A DNA stretch of 63,402 bases, filler included, from Octopus bimaculoides (Eukaryota): the NCBI RefSeq assembly GCF_001194135.2. It is 7 parts of 7 records of this genome, joined end to end, with 100 filler letters (N's around TTAATTAATTAA, not from the genome) between each part and the next. Parts side by side here need not be neighbours in the genome. Positions count along the whole stretch, not along the records: positions 18,675 to 43,453 come from NC_068981.1; 6 more parts are not named here. One strand, 5' to 3'. The position numbers and the translations under genes are program-made. Below the pieces are notes generated by a model. The model made no database searches. It was not told where the DNA came from and saw only the letters and a list, made by a program, of their open reading frames with translations. Positions within the stretch are counted from its first letter, which is position 1. Each line of letters starts with the position of its first letter. Shown piece by piece: positions 25,580 through 37,716 of this stretch.

Positions 25580-25965
25580 AAAGTAGCTTGCTTATCAACC
25601 ACATGGTTCCGTGTTCAGTCCCAATGCGTGGCACCGTGAGCAAGTGTCTTCTACTATAGCCTCGGGCTGACCAAAGCCTTTTGAGTGGATTTGGTAGACG
25701 GAAACTGAAAGATGCTCTTCGTATATATGTATATGTATATATGTGTGTGTGTTTGTGTGTCTGTGTTTGTTCCCCCAACATCGCTTTACAACCGATGCTG
25801 GTGTGTTTACACCCCCTGTAACTTAATGGTTTGGCCTAAGAGACCGATAGAATAAGTACCAGGCTTACAAAGAATAAGTTTTGGGGTCGATTTGCTCGAC
25901 GAAAGGCGATGCTCCAGCATGGCCGCAGTCAAATGGCTGAAAGAAGTACAAGAGAATAAAAGAGG
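25580..25965 (+). mobile_element. SINE family B (CORE-like), nearly full length
   Basis: GTTCAGTCCC B-box-like, GGCACCGTGAGCAAGTGTCTT CORE-like, internal TA/TG microsatellite, tail ...GGCCGCAGTCAAATG. Confidence 0.85.
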
Positions 25966-26879
25966 ATATATCTTCGAAACGTCTAGATAGAATAGAGACA
26001 GCTGATGAAGGGATATTCCAAGTGGCTTTCCGTTTTCCTATATGTTCGTTCCGTTGTCTGTAGTTTATTGGTCTAACGTCCTGTACCCTGATATGCATGT
26101 ATATACACATGTAGATGTAAGTATGTACATATATGTGTGTATACATGTATATATATTCTTTGTATTATTATATATATATATACATACATACCCGTTTATG
26201 AATGAATACATGGCGTCTGTGCATAGCGTATACGTAGTTACATACAGAGATACACATAGATGCACATACTTACACATACATACACACATATATAAATACA
26301 TATGTAGATGTATATGCATATAAATGTTGTATGCATAGATACGTGTATGCGTCTGTGTGTGCGTGTGTGTCTATTTGTAGGTGTGCATTTGATTGTGTCT
26401 ATTTGTATATGTCTCTCTTCATACATTAAGTCTGCTACACGTGTACGGCCACAGACACAAGAACACACAGTATATTTGACTTTCTTCAACTATTGCTAAT
26501 CCTTCGCTCGCGTTCGCATTCTCACTCTCTCCCTCTTTCTTTCTTTCTTTCTGTCTCTTTCTCTCTTTCAGTCTGTCTACCTACCTATCTATCTATGACT
26601 CTTTCTAGTATTCTTCCATCGCTACCTCTTTCCTTTTTCTTTAAACAGTCTACAGAATCAGCAACATAATATAAAGAATAAAAATAAAACAACAACTACA
26701 GAAACGACAATAACGTCATCAACAAAAACAACAACACAAACAACTGAAATCAACAAACGAACTACGGGTTTTTTCTTTTGTTTTGTTTTTGTTTTGTTTT
26801 GTTTTTTAATCCATCCCCCACTCATAATCTATTTTCAGTGTTCTGTCTATTCGAAAGGTCGTTAGTTGTCTCAAATCTT

Positions 26880-27010
26880 GTTTTTCTCGTTGCCTCGTTT
26901 CTTGATCCGTGTAGCACTATGGGTAAGCTGCTGGCGCCTGAGATGGCGCCTCGCGGCTATGACGTCACGCCAAAATTGTCGACATGCGAGCTGGGGTGGT
27001 CACGCTTGGG
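26880..27010. promoter_or_regulatory. CpG-dense patch with a perfect CRE (TGACGTCA 26960-26967) and a YY1-like AGATGGCG
   Basis: Motifs visible; CpG density far above the flanks; no TSS evidence. Confidence 0.3.
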
Positions 27011-27754
27011 AGCAATTTCTGGTATGATAAAAAAAAAATTACAAAAAAAAAAAATTACAAAAAAAAAATTACAAACGTACAAAACCAACGAAGCAAAAGA
27101 AGCCAAAAAACAATAATAAAAAAATGATGTATTTAAAGGAGAGAAAAAAATTAGAAACAAATATATAAAACTAATAAAACATAAGAGAAGTAAATAAGAA
27201 CAACAGCAACATCAATAATAACAACAAGAATGAAGAGACAAGACATTTCTGGAGACAAAAATGTTTGTTGCTCGTCAAAAGACACGGACGAACTGGAAAA
27301 AAGTGGGGAAAATGCTTTTTGGCGGTTCTGCTACATTGATGATTAACTTGACTATGACTTACAATATGGAAATCAATCTGATGTCTGGTAATACAACAAC
27401 AACAGCAATAACTACAACAACTACTACGTAAATAGTAGCAGTAATAGCATTTTATTTTCTAGGAGTTGGGGGAATAATAAATTTAAGACATTCCTCACTA
27501 TACTCAAAGAATTAGTGATATAAATTAAAGCGACCATAAGTGCGTATCGAAAGAGAATCATTTGTAAATTCAATAAGCAATTACTGAAATGAATATTTTT
27601 ATAGCCATGTGCCAAGGTTACCATTAAACTAATTTTCTTCCAATTAACAAATAAACGTAGAGGCAACGTAGCAGGATTGTAGATATATGATATACGACAA
27701 AATGTGATGCTAATTTTAACTATTTCAAAAGAAAAAAAAAAGATATTAATGAGT

Positions 27755-27955
27755 GAATAATCCTTTCTACTACAGGCACGAGGCATGGAATTTTGTAGGT
27801 AGGGGATTTTTGATTAGGTTGATTCCGGTGCTTAAATTATCGAACCTGAAAGGTAAAGATCAACCTCAGATGAATTTGAAATCAGAACGCAAAGAGAGAC
27901 GAAATTCTGTTGAGCATTTTGTTCGGCATGCTTACGATTCTGCAGGCTCACCGCA
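27755..27955 (-). mobile_element. SINE family A, decayed
   Basis: AATAATCCTTTCTACTACAGGCAC tail; GAATTTGAAATCAGAACG. Confidence 0.7.
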
Positions 27956-28221
27956 TCAATTAATGAATTAATAAAAATAGGGCATCTCTTAAGACATTAG
28001 TAAAAGGTACCAATTCTAAGTATATCAGTTGTTTTATTCCTTCTTTTTACTGGTGCAGACATAGACGTTCTTTTTCGAATCATGCGTCTCTGAGTTCAAG
28101 TTAACTGCGTGGCAACTTTTGTAAAATACTTTCATCAACATGACGCATGGCCGAGTACATTCTGTGAGGAATCTCAAGGACAGAATCTACATACCATTTC
28201 ATAAGTATATGTAGGTATGTA

Positions 28222-28600
28222 TACTCTTTTACTCTTTACTGTTTTACTTGTTTCAGTCATTTGGTTGCGGCCATGCTGGAGCACCGCCTTTAGTCGAGCA
28301 AATCGACCCCAGGACTTATTCTTTGGAAGCCTAGTACTTATTCTATCGGTCTCTTTTGCCGAACCGCTAGTTTACGGGGATGGAAACACAGCAGCATCGT
28401 CTGTCAAGCGACGGTGGGGGGACAAACACAGACACACAAACACACATACATATATATATATAAATATACATATATACGACGGGCTTCTTTCAGTTTCCGT
28501 CTACCAAATCCACTCACAAGGATTTGGTCGGCCCGAGGCTATAGTAGAAGACACTTGCCCAAGGTGGAACGCAGTGGAACTGAACCCGGAGCTATATGGC
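28222..28600 (-). mobile_element. SINE family B
   Basis: Reverse-complement match to 25580-25965 over most of its length. Confidence 0.85.
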
Positions 28601-29101
28601 ATGTATGTACACACACACNNNNNNNNNNNNNNNNNNNNNNNNNNNNNNNNNNNNNNNNNNNNNNNNNNNNNNNNNNNNNNNNNNNNNNNNNNNNNNNNNN
28701 NNNNNNNNNNNNNNNNNNNNNNNNNNNNNNNNNNNNNNNNNNNNNNNNNNNNNNNNNNNNNNNNNNNNNNNNNNNNNNNNNNNNNNNNNNNNNNNNNNNN
28801 NNNNNNNNNNNNNNNNNNNNNNNNNNNNNNNNNNNNNNNNNNNNNNNNNNNNNNNNNNNNNNNNNNNNNNNNNNNNNNNNNNNNNNNNNNNNNNNNNNNN
28901 NNNNNNNNNNNNNNNNNNNNNNNNNNNNNNNNNNNNNNNNNNNNNNNNNNNNNNNNNNNNNNNNNNNNNNNNNNNNNNNNNNNNNNNNNNNNNNNNNNNN
29001 NNNNNNNNNNTATATATATATATATATATGTATGCATGTATGTGTGTGTATTTGTGTGCATATACATATATACATATATATATGCGTGTGTGTGTGTGTG
29101 T

Positions 29102-29149
<48 letters not shown>

Positions 29150-29221
29150 ATGTGTATATGTACATGTATATATGTATATATACAGCATATATAGGCGCAG
29201 GAGAGGTTGTGTGGTAAGTAG

Positions 29222-30710
29222 TGTGATCGTAAAAGTGAACGGTTTCCTTTCGAAGCCGTTCGGGATCGAACGCTCAGTGCGGCAGGGGTGTCCTCTGTAT
29301 CCGATTTTGTATGTGTTGATCCTTGAGCCATTGCTGCGGAATTTGGAGGTGATAGGGGGCGCACCGCACGATTTATGGTGTGGAAGAGGAGCTACGGCGT
29401 ATGCGGATGACATCACCATCAACGTGATGGATGAGGGCCAGTTTCCAGTGGTGGAAGAGGCTATCAAAAGTTACGAGACGGTGGCAGGAGCAAAGGTTAA
29501 CAAGGACAAGTCGATNNNNNNNNNNNNNNNNNNNNNNNNNNNNNNNNNNNNNNNNNNNNNNNNNNNNNNNNNNNNNNNNNNNNNNNNNNNNNNNNNNNNN
29601 NNNNNNNNNNNNNNNNNNNNNNNNNNNNNNNNNNNNNNNNNNNNNNNNNNNNNNNNNNNNNNNNNNNNNNNNNNNNNNNNNNNNNNNNNNNNNNNNNNNN
29701 NNNNNNNNNNNNNNNNNNNNNNNNNNNNNNNNNNNNNNNNNNNNNNNNNNNNNNNNNNNNNNNNNNNNNNNNNNNNNNNNNNNNNNNNNNNNNNNNNNNN
29801 NNNNNNNNNNNNNNNNNNNNNNNNNNNNNNNNNNNNNNNNNNNNNNNNNNNNNNNNNNNNNNNNNNNNNNNNNNNNNNNNNNNNNNNNNNNNNNNNNNNN
29901 NNNNNNNNNNNNNNNNNNNNNNNNNNNNNNNNNNNNNNNNNNNNNNNNNNNNNNNNNNNNNNNNNNNNNNNNNNNNNNNNNNNNNNNNNNNNNNNNNNNN
30001 NNNNNNNNNNNNNNNNNNNNNNNNNNNNNNNNNNNNNNNNNNNNNNNNNNNNNNNNNNNNNNNNNNNNNNNNNNNNNNNNNNNNNNNNNNNNNNNNNNNN
30101 NNNNNNNNNNNNNNNNNNNNNNNNNNCAGATAGAGAAAAATTGGAGCGAGGTGACCAGCAGAGTGACTGCTCTAACCCAGACCTGGTCTGGGCGGGCGTT
30201 ATCTTTGTTAGGAAAGGCGGATGTGGTGCAGATGTTTATAGCATCGGTTATCACCTACCGTCTGACCGTGGTGCCTTGTCCCGATTTGTGGCTGAACAAG
30301 TTGGAAAGAATCCTTGTCCACTTTTTGTGTAAGGGAGGAAAGCCATTCGTGAAGCGCTCTGTCTGCTGCCAGAAACCGCTAAAGGGTGGGGTAGGGATGC
30401 CTTGGCTGAGGATGCGAAAATTCGCGCTAAGGTTGAGGCACCTTTGGCTTTACTTGGATGGAGAGCAGGTGTGGTCACCGCACGTCCGGTTCTACCTTCC
30501 GCAATTAACGTCCTTAACGGACATTGGTAAATGGATCAAGCAGAGACCTAGGCTCGGGGACCGGCAATTGGAGTGCCGACAGGCACTTCAGCTACTCTCT
30601 CGGGCGGGCAATGCCAGCAATAGGAGTTCCACCGCGGATTTTTATAGTGGGTTAGTGGGATTTAGGTCCGAAGACGCCTTGGGGGAGACACTACGCCGCG
30701 CCGTAGAGCA
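29222..30710 (+). mobile_element. L1/Tx1-clade LINE ORF2 fragment (RT and downstream region), split by a gap
   Basis: VNGFLSKPF...SVRQGCPLYP, YADDIT, GAKVNKDKS; after the gap W..RALSLLGK, GGVGMP. Confidence 0.85.
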
Positions 30711-31432
30711 GAACCCGAAACCATGTTGTTGAAATGTGAGTTTCTTAACAGCATACCAGTACCTGTGTCTATACATGTAGTACTTTCTTATGCAATGCTG
30801 TGAGAGAGTGATTCTTACGTTGAAAACCCGTAATTGCTTCATCTAACCGGTTTGATAAAAATTCTCGTTTGTTATTTCATAATATTCATATAATTTGGTA
30901 GAAATTCTCGTTAAATCATTTACTTTACACTAGTTCATTGTTTCCACCTATGAACCTTAACACCAGAAACCTTTGGCGAACCGCTCTTCTCTCATTCACG
31001 TCTACTAGCGTTCAAAAAAATATAGCGAAACTAATAAATTGGTCTAGAACTCAATACGCATATGATCCAGAACATAATGTTAGATGATACATGTATATAC
31101 GTGTGTGTGTGTGTGTGTGTCTGTGTGTGTGTGTGTGTGTGTGTGCGTGCGTGTATTTATGCATATGTACATGAGACAGAGAGATACTGTGACTAAACGT
31201 GAGCGAGCAAGTCAAAGAATTGTTGCTCAATAGATATACAGGAATGGGACAAAATAATGGAAACACTTAGCATCATAGCATCATAATTTTGAAATATCTA
31301 TAAAACCGTCAAAAGCTTGTTTATTTTTATGTTTTTATTTTTTATTTACTATTAGTGTTGCTTAATATGTTTTGCTAAATTTGCTCTTTCTTTTCAGATA
31401 TCATCAGAAAAAGGTAATTAAAATTCATTAAA

Positions 31433-32300
31433 ATGACAGATCTATTGAACTTTCAACGAGATGAAATTGTTGGCAGGCGTATAGCAGGCGTATAGCAGGC
31501 GTTAGCGTAACGAAAACACCCGAAATGTTTGGTGTATCAAAATGTACTGTCTCGAAAGTAATGACAGCCTTTGAGAAAGAAGGGAAAACCTCCTCGTCGA
31601 AACAAAATTGGAGCTGCTCAAAGCCGAATTTCATGGGAGGGCTGTAATCAGAAAACCACCACTTTCAAAAACAAATGTTGCAAAGCGTTTAGAATGGAGA
31701 GAAAAACCTACGGAATTGGTTCCTAGAGCAGTGTAAGACTGTTATTTTCTCGGATGAGTCATCCTTTACCTTATTCCTGCTAAACGTGTGGAGACAGCCA
31801 TAAGAAGCATTTGACTCAGACTACCTTCTTCCAGCTGTTATACTTGGAGGAGGATCTGTGATCTTGGGGGGGGGGCGGTATATATTGGAAATCCGCCGAC
31901 CCATTGGTTTCCCTTCATGAGAGAATCAATAGTCAAGACTATTTAAGCATTTTATCTGATCAGATTCATCCTATGGTTGCGGAACTGTTTCCAGGAGGAA
32001 ACGCAATCTTTCAGGATGATAATGCACCAATTCACACAGCTAAAGTTGTGACTGACTGGCACGAGGAACATTCTAGTGAAGTTCAACATCATATCTGGCC
32101 ACCTTAGTCCACAGATCTCAAAATTATTGAACATTTATCGTGCATTTTAGAAAAGCAGGTAAGGAGTCGATATCCTCCACCATCATCACTACAAGGAGTG
32201 GAAACTGTTTTAGCTGATGAATGGACAAAAATTCCTTTGGAAACAATTAAACTTTGTACGAGTCCATACTTCGTAGAATTCCAGCTGTAACTATAGGCAT
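31433..32300 (+). pseudogene. Tc1-type transposase pseudogene with DD36E spacing, internal deletion
   Basis: MTDLLNFQRDEIVG...FGVSKCTVS, VIFSDESSF, FQDDNAPIH, WPP*STDLKIIEH; 36 residues counted between D2 and E. Confidence 0.85.
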
Positions 32301-32409
32301 AAGACATTGTGTATGTGCATGTGCCTGTGTGCATGTGTGCGTGTGAGTGTGTGTGTGTGTGTGTGTGTTTACGTATCATCACTTGTTCTTATAATGATTT
32401 CAGTCGTTA

Positions 32410-32615
32410 AACATAGAGGGGACAAACAAGGACAGACAAATGGGTTAAGTCGATTACATCGATTCCAGTGCGTAACTGGTACTTAATTTATCGACCCCGA
32501 AGGGATGAAAGGCAAAGTCGACCTCGGCGGAATTTGAACTCAGAACGTAACGGCAGACGAAATACCGCTCAGCATTTCGCCCAGCATGCTAACGTCTCTA
32601 CCAGCTTACCGCCTT
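32410..32615 (-). mobile_element. SINE family A, full length
   Basis: Close match to 33892-34108. Confidence 0.9.
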
Positions 32616-32619
32616 TTTT

Positions 32620-32915
32620 TAGTTTTTCTTGTTTAGTTTTTCTTCTTCTTTCTTATTGATCTTGTGCCACCGGGGCATGCTATGCCGATTATCATGCATG
32701 TTCTTTCTTTTTTATTCACCACAACAACACCTGGTTTCCGATGTCTGCTCAGGTGATCACTTTGAATCATTGCATCCAACAGGATTCTCCAATTCTCATT
32801 CTCGGTAACTCCTTCTGAGGTTTTATCATACTACCTATTTGTTCTTTGTAGGCCTTGATTTTCACAGAGCTCCCAATGGATCATTCTTGCCACTTTGTCA
32901 TATCATCTTTTGATT
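32620..32915 (-). mobile_element. R4/Dong REL-domain fragment
   Basis: DKVARMIHWELC, ENENWRILLD..IQSD...RKPGVVVVNKKERTCMII. Confidence 0.7.
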
Positions 32916-32919
32916 TTTA

Positions 32920-33175
32920 AGAGAAGTCATGAAAATGGATACAAAAGCAAGAAAAATGTTGACAGTACACAGAGACTTCCACCCTAAGAATGACACCGAT
33001 AGTCTTTACTTGTCAAGAAGAAAGGGTGGGAGAGGTTTGATTAGTTGTGCGGACTGTATCGAAGCAGAGGTAAACAGCTTAGAGTGCTATATAAAATGCC
33101 GTGGTACCATTGTTAAAGCATACGAAGTCTGGCATCATCAAAATTGAGAAATGTAGAATGAAAGAAAAATTAATG
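32920..33175 (+). mobile_element. R4/Dong post-RT fragment, inverted relative to its neighbour
   Basis: DTKARKMLT...FHPKNDTDSLYLSRRKGGRGLIS. Confidence 0.75.
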
Positions 33176-33176
33176 A

Positions 33177-33247
<71 letters not shown>
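33177..33247. repeat. (TTA)n microsatellite
   Basis: Directly visible. Confidence 0.95.
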
Positions 33248-33249
<2 letters not shown>

Positions 33250-33605
33250 TTTACTTTTCAAAGCTCTCGATCTGCTTCGGTGGATTTTGTGAGTGCAGAA
33301 TACAACCTGTTGTCAAATGTATCACAGGGCTTCTCGGAGTCTCTTTCCAGAATTATAAGTCTTGGTACCTAATTGTTAAGTACCGCTAAAATAATGTAAG
33401 AATAACATGGTATTCACAAGCGCGTGCACACTTCATACATGTTACTAACTCATTTCTGACATTCACTTGGTCTTGGTTAATAGAGGCAGTAATAGAACAC
33501 TTTTGCCCCATGAATGTGAAACTACGAGGGTACGAAGCAAACTTCTTAATCACCAAACCAGGCCTCCGTATGTGTTCGTGCGGACGCGCGTACACGTGTG
33601 TATGT

Positions 33606-33644
<39 letters not shown>

Positions 33645-33891
33645 TGTGTGTGTGTATGTGTGTGTGAGTGTGCACGCATGGTGTCCTTATATCTTGAATC
33701 AGAATTTTACTTTTTACACTTCCTCTTTGACTTTCTTGTCCTATATCGCAGCCCCAAATATCTTATAACATACCGGAATAATTGTTGAGCACTAATGGCA
33801 AAAAATACGGCAATAAATTTCGTGCACCATGAGATGTATGCATGTTATATACCAAGGATACATGTATATACATGTGCATGCATGTGTGTGT

Positions 33892-34108
33892 TATTTCTTT
33901 ACTACCCACAAGGGGCTACACACAGAGGGGACAAACAAGGACAGACAAACAGATTAAGTCGATTACATCGACCCCAGTGCGTGACTGGTACTTATTTAAT
34001 CGACCCCGAAAGGATGAAAGGCAAAGTCGACCTCGGCGGAATTTGAACTCAGAACGTAGCAGCAGACGAAATACCGCTAAGCATTTCGCCTGGCGTGCTA
34101 ACGTTTCT
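33892..34108 (-). mobile_element. SINE family A, well conserved
   Basis: B box GTTCAAATTCC on the minus strand; complete body and tail. Confidence 0.9.
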
Positions 34109-34115
34109 CTGTGTG

Positions 34116-34198
<83 letters not shown>

Positions 34199-36170
34199 CG
34201 CGCGTGCATGTATATTTATATATGAAACTACAACTTTTGTGCTGCTTTTTTTCTGCCTCTCTTTATCACTTGCATTCCTCGCATCGTAACATTGATTTTC
34301 TTTTTCTGCAAACACCTTTACCGCTTCATCTCTATTTTCACAGATATCTCACCCTCACCCCTTCACCCCTTCACATTCATCTCTTACACACATATTCGCT
34401 CTGCATCCTCCCCCCCTCTCTCTCTCTCTCTCTCTCTCAAGTTTCCGATAAATTTCTTCCTTTATTCTTATTCAACTTTACTCGCTCCTTGCCATTTCTA
34501 ACGTCTCTTCTCTGAATCGCATTGAGTTCCTTTCCTTTCAACACGTTATCACATCTCCCTCTTTCTGTCTTACTCTTTTCCTATTTCTCTCCTTCACTCG
34601 GTAGCTGAAACCATTTCTTCTTCATATTTTTTTCCCCTTCCTGTACGATTGGAATGTCCTCAACACTGGATGTAATATTCATTCTAAAATAAAATGAAAT
34701 AAATAAAAACAAATGATAAAGCAAAAAAAAAAAACACTAACAAAAAACGTGAAAAACTACTTAAAACAAGCTTTACTGCTCCTGTGAATTTCATGCACAA
34801 TTAGAATCTTGTGAGAGTAATTTGAAAGGCGGTGTGGACTAACAGGCTGATGTTAGTTACCCATCCTCTACATGATAACCATTTAACGACATCATGAGCT
34901 CAATCAATCTTAACAGTCTTGAAACAATTAAAACTCCTGAATCGAGGAAGCTGGCTGCTATTGCATCTACTACTGCTGATGTTGGTGTTAGTAGTGGTGG
35001 TGCTGCTGCTACTCTTCATGTCAAACGCTTTTATACATGAGTTTCTTTTGACTAAGTGAAAGGCTTTATAATCTTTTTTTCTTTTCTGTAATATGAGATG
35101 CTGTGATGCCTGTTCGTTTCTCAAGAAGCGAATCTATGCTAAATTGCCTGGAATCCCCGGCAATGATGCAGCCTTGACTGAGCAAGATTATTTTCAAAAA
35201 CATTCCTGTCAAAATCATAGAATAGCTTCTGGGACAATGTCATGATAGATGTCCTTGCTCAAGGCGATGCAGCTTAATGTGAAAGTGTAATTTCAACAGG
35301 TCGAGCAACAATATCAAACTCTCTTAAAGATTCGTATTGCATACGGATAACATTTAACCCCATTTAACATTTATTACTGAGATCTCCCTAAATGAGTTAC
35401 TACAACAAGGTACAAGTTGTGTATAGGGACCGTAATATTGCTATACGAGCGTACATTTTAGACAGTATCCTTTACTATTAAAAGGACTTCTCTGGCAATA
35501 AATCTCTAGCAAAAGACATCTCTCAAAATTGTTCATATGACTTACCTTCCCATGTCATAACTACTGAGATTAATACTTAAACCCGCAAGCACTTTCTGCG
35601 AATGTTTTCTGTGGATACTTATCACCTGTTTTACTTCCAATTCTTATTCCAAAGAATTTTAACCGAGATATCACATACAATTCTAACAGTCTGTGATCGG
35701 TTTCAAAGTATATAAAAATTACATTCTACAAACACGGTGCCATTTTTAAGATGGAACCTTAAAGGAATTCCGTTATTTCTATGTTCGTCAGCGTAATGAG
35801 CGCTGAATTAACCCTGAAGGTAAAATAAACACGTGCTTAGGGCATCAGGTGTAGTAGTAGAGGACAACCACAGAAATGGTAAATGGTTTACTGCACAAAA
35901 GCAATCACTCCAAACTTGCTAAAATAATACTTGAAGAAGTTTATATGATTGGAAATATAATCTCGAAGTGTTCATAATGTCATAGTAAGGATCTGATCAA
36001 AGATTTTTGAATTAAAAGTAGAAGAAAACTTTTTTATATATAAATAAAATGGAAGCATACAAAAATAAACATCATTTTCCATCTTACGGGTAATTTTCTT
36101 TCATTTTGAAAACTATATATTTATTTTATAGCTTATTAATGTTTATATTTTGAGTTATATATAATATATA

Positions 36171-36553
36171 TTGTTGGTACTCCGTCGCTTACGACATCGA
36201 GGGTTCCAGTTGATCCGATCAACGGAATAGCCTGCTCGTCAAATTAACGTGCAAGTGGCTGAGCACTCCACAGACACGTGTACCCTTAATGTAGTTCTCG
36301 GGGATATTCAGCGTGACACAGTGTGACAAGGTTGACCCTTTGAATTACAGGCTCAACAGAAACAAGAAGTAAGAGTGAGAGAAAGTTGTGGTGAAAGAGT
36401 ACAACAGGGTTCGCCACCATCCCCTGCCGGAGCCTCGTGGAGCTTTAGGTGTTTTCGCTCAATAAACACTCACCACGCCCGGTCTGGGAATCGAAACCGC
36501 GATCCTATGACCGCGAGTCCGCTGCCCTAACCACTGGGCCATTGCGCCTCCAC
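36171..36553 (-). mobile_element. tRNA(Arg-like)-derived SINE family D, full length
   Basis: Minus strand TGGCCCAGTGG A box, GACTCGCGGTC anticodon-like arm, GTTTCGATTCC B box; tail shared with 37635-37716. Confidence 0.8.
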
Positions 36554-37180
36554 AATATATATAGATATATAGGGAAACCAAAATCTTTTAGGTGCTTAGG
36601 TCCTCAATGTGCATTAATCCGGCCCCTAGCGTAATGCTGTAGGTTCATTTATTGTAATCTAGTGTAGTAAGGTAGTTCAGTTATTTTTGTCCATGTGAAT
36701 CAGGTTTTCTTAAGAATTATGATCAAAGTATACCATCCGTGACCAACACAACTTTGCTATGAAAATCCGCACGCTATTGCATTCACTGGTAAGTTATGTT
36801 AGCGTGTGGTATGCAATATTATTATTTCTGCCAAAAAATATGCCAGCGGCCAATTAATGTTTAGGTCGGAAATTCCGCTTATCATATTTCATAAAAATTA
36901 TTTTATTTTATTTTATTTTTAGAATGCATATTTTCTTAAGCTTAAGCGGAAAAAAAAAAAAAAAAANNNNNNNNNNNNNNNNNNNNNNNNNNNNNNNNNN
37001 NNNNNNNNNNNNNNNNNNNNNNNNNNNNNNNNNNNNNNNNNNNNNNNNNNNNNNNNNNNNNNNNNNNNNNNNNNNNNNNNNNNNNNNNNNNNNNNNNNNN
37101 NNNNNNNNNNNNNNNNNNNNNNNNNNNNNNNNNNNNNNNNNNNNNNNNNNNNNNNNNNNNNNNNNNNNNNNNNNNCCTAA

Positions 37181-37296
<116 letters not shown>

Positions 37297-37716
37297 GAAG
37301 GCGGTGAGCTGGCACAATCGTTAACACGCCGAGCGAAATGCTTAGTGGTATTTCGCCCGTCGCTCCGTTCTGAGTTCAAATTCCACCGAGGTCAACTTTG
37401 CTTTTCATCCTTTCGGGGTCGATAAATTGAGGACCACTAAAACACTGGGGTTGATGTAATCGACTAGTCCCCTCACACAAAATTTCAGACTTTGTGCCTT
37501 TAGAAGAAAGGATTATTAAGAAGGCGGCAGGCTGACAGAATCGTTTGCTCGCCGTACGAAATGCTTAGCGGCATTTCATCCGTCTTCAAGGTGGCGAGCT
37601 GGTTGAATCGTCAAGCACGACGGGCGAAATGCTTGCCACTTGCACATTAATTTCACGTGCAGGCTGTTCCGTTGATCGGATCAAGTGGAACCATCGCAGT
37701 CGTAACAGAGTGCCAG
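37297..37716 (+). mobile_element. SINE A followed by two extra A heads and a family D tail
   Basis: AAGAAGGCGG...GAAATGCTTAG restarts at 37518 and AAGGTGGCGAGCTGG...GAAATGCTT at 37588, then GCCACTTGCACATTAATT...GTTGATCGGATC. Confidence 0.75.

Noticed and set aside
36759-36794. ATG-initiated 30-nt exon MKIRTLLHSL|GTAAGT; also the minus-strand donor at 35546
   Set aside because: GGTAAGT is expected several times by chance; no supporting partner exons
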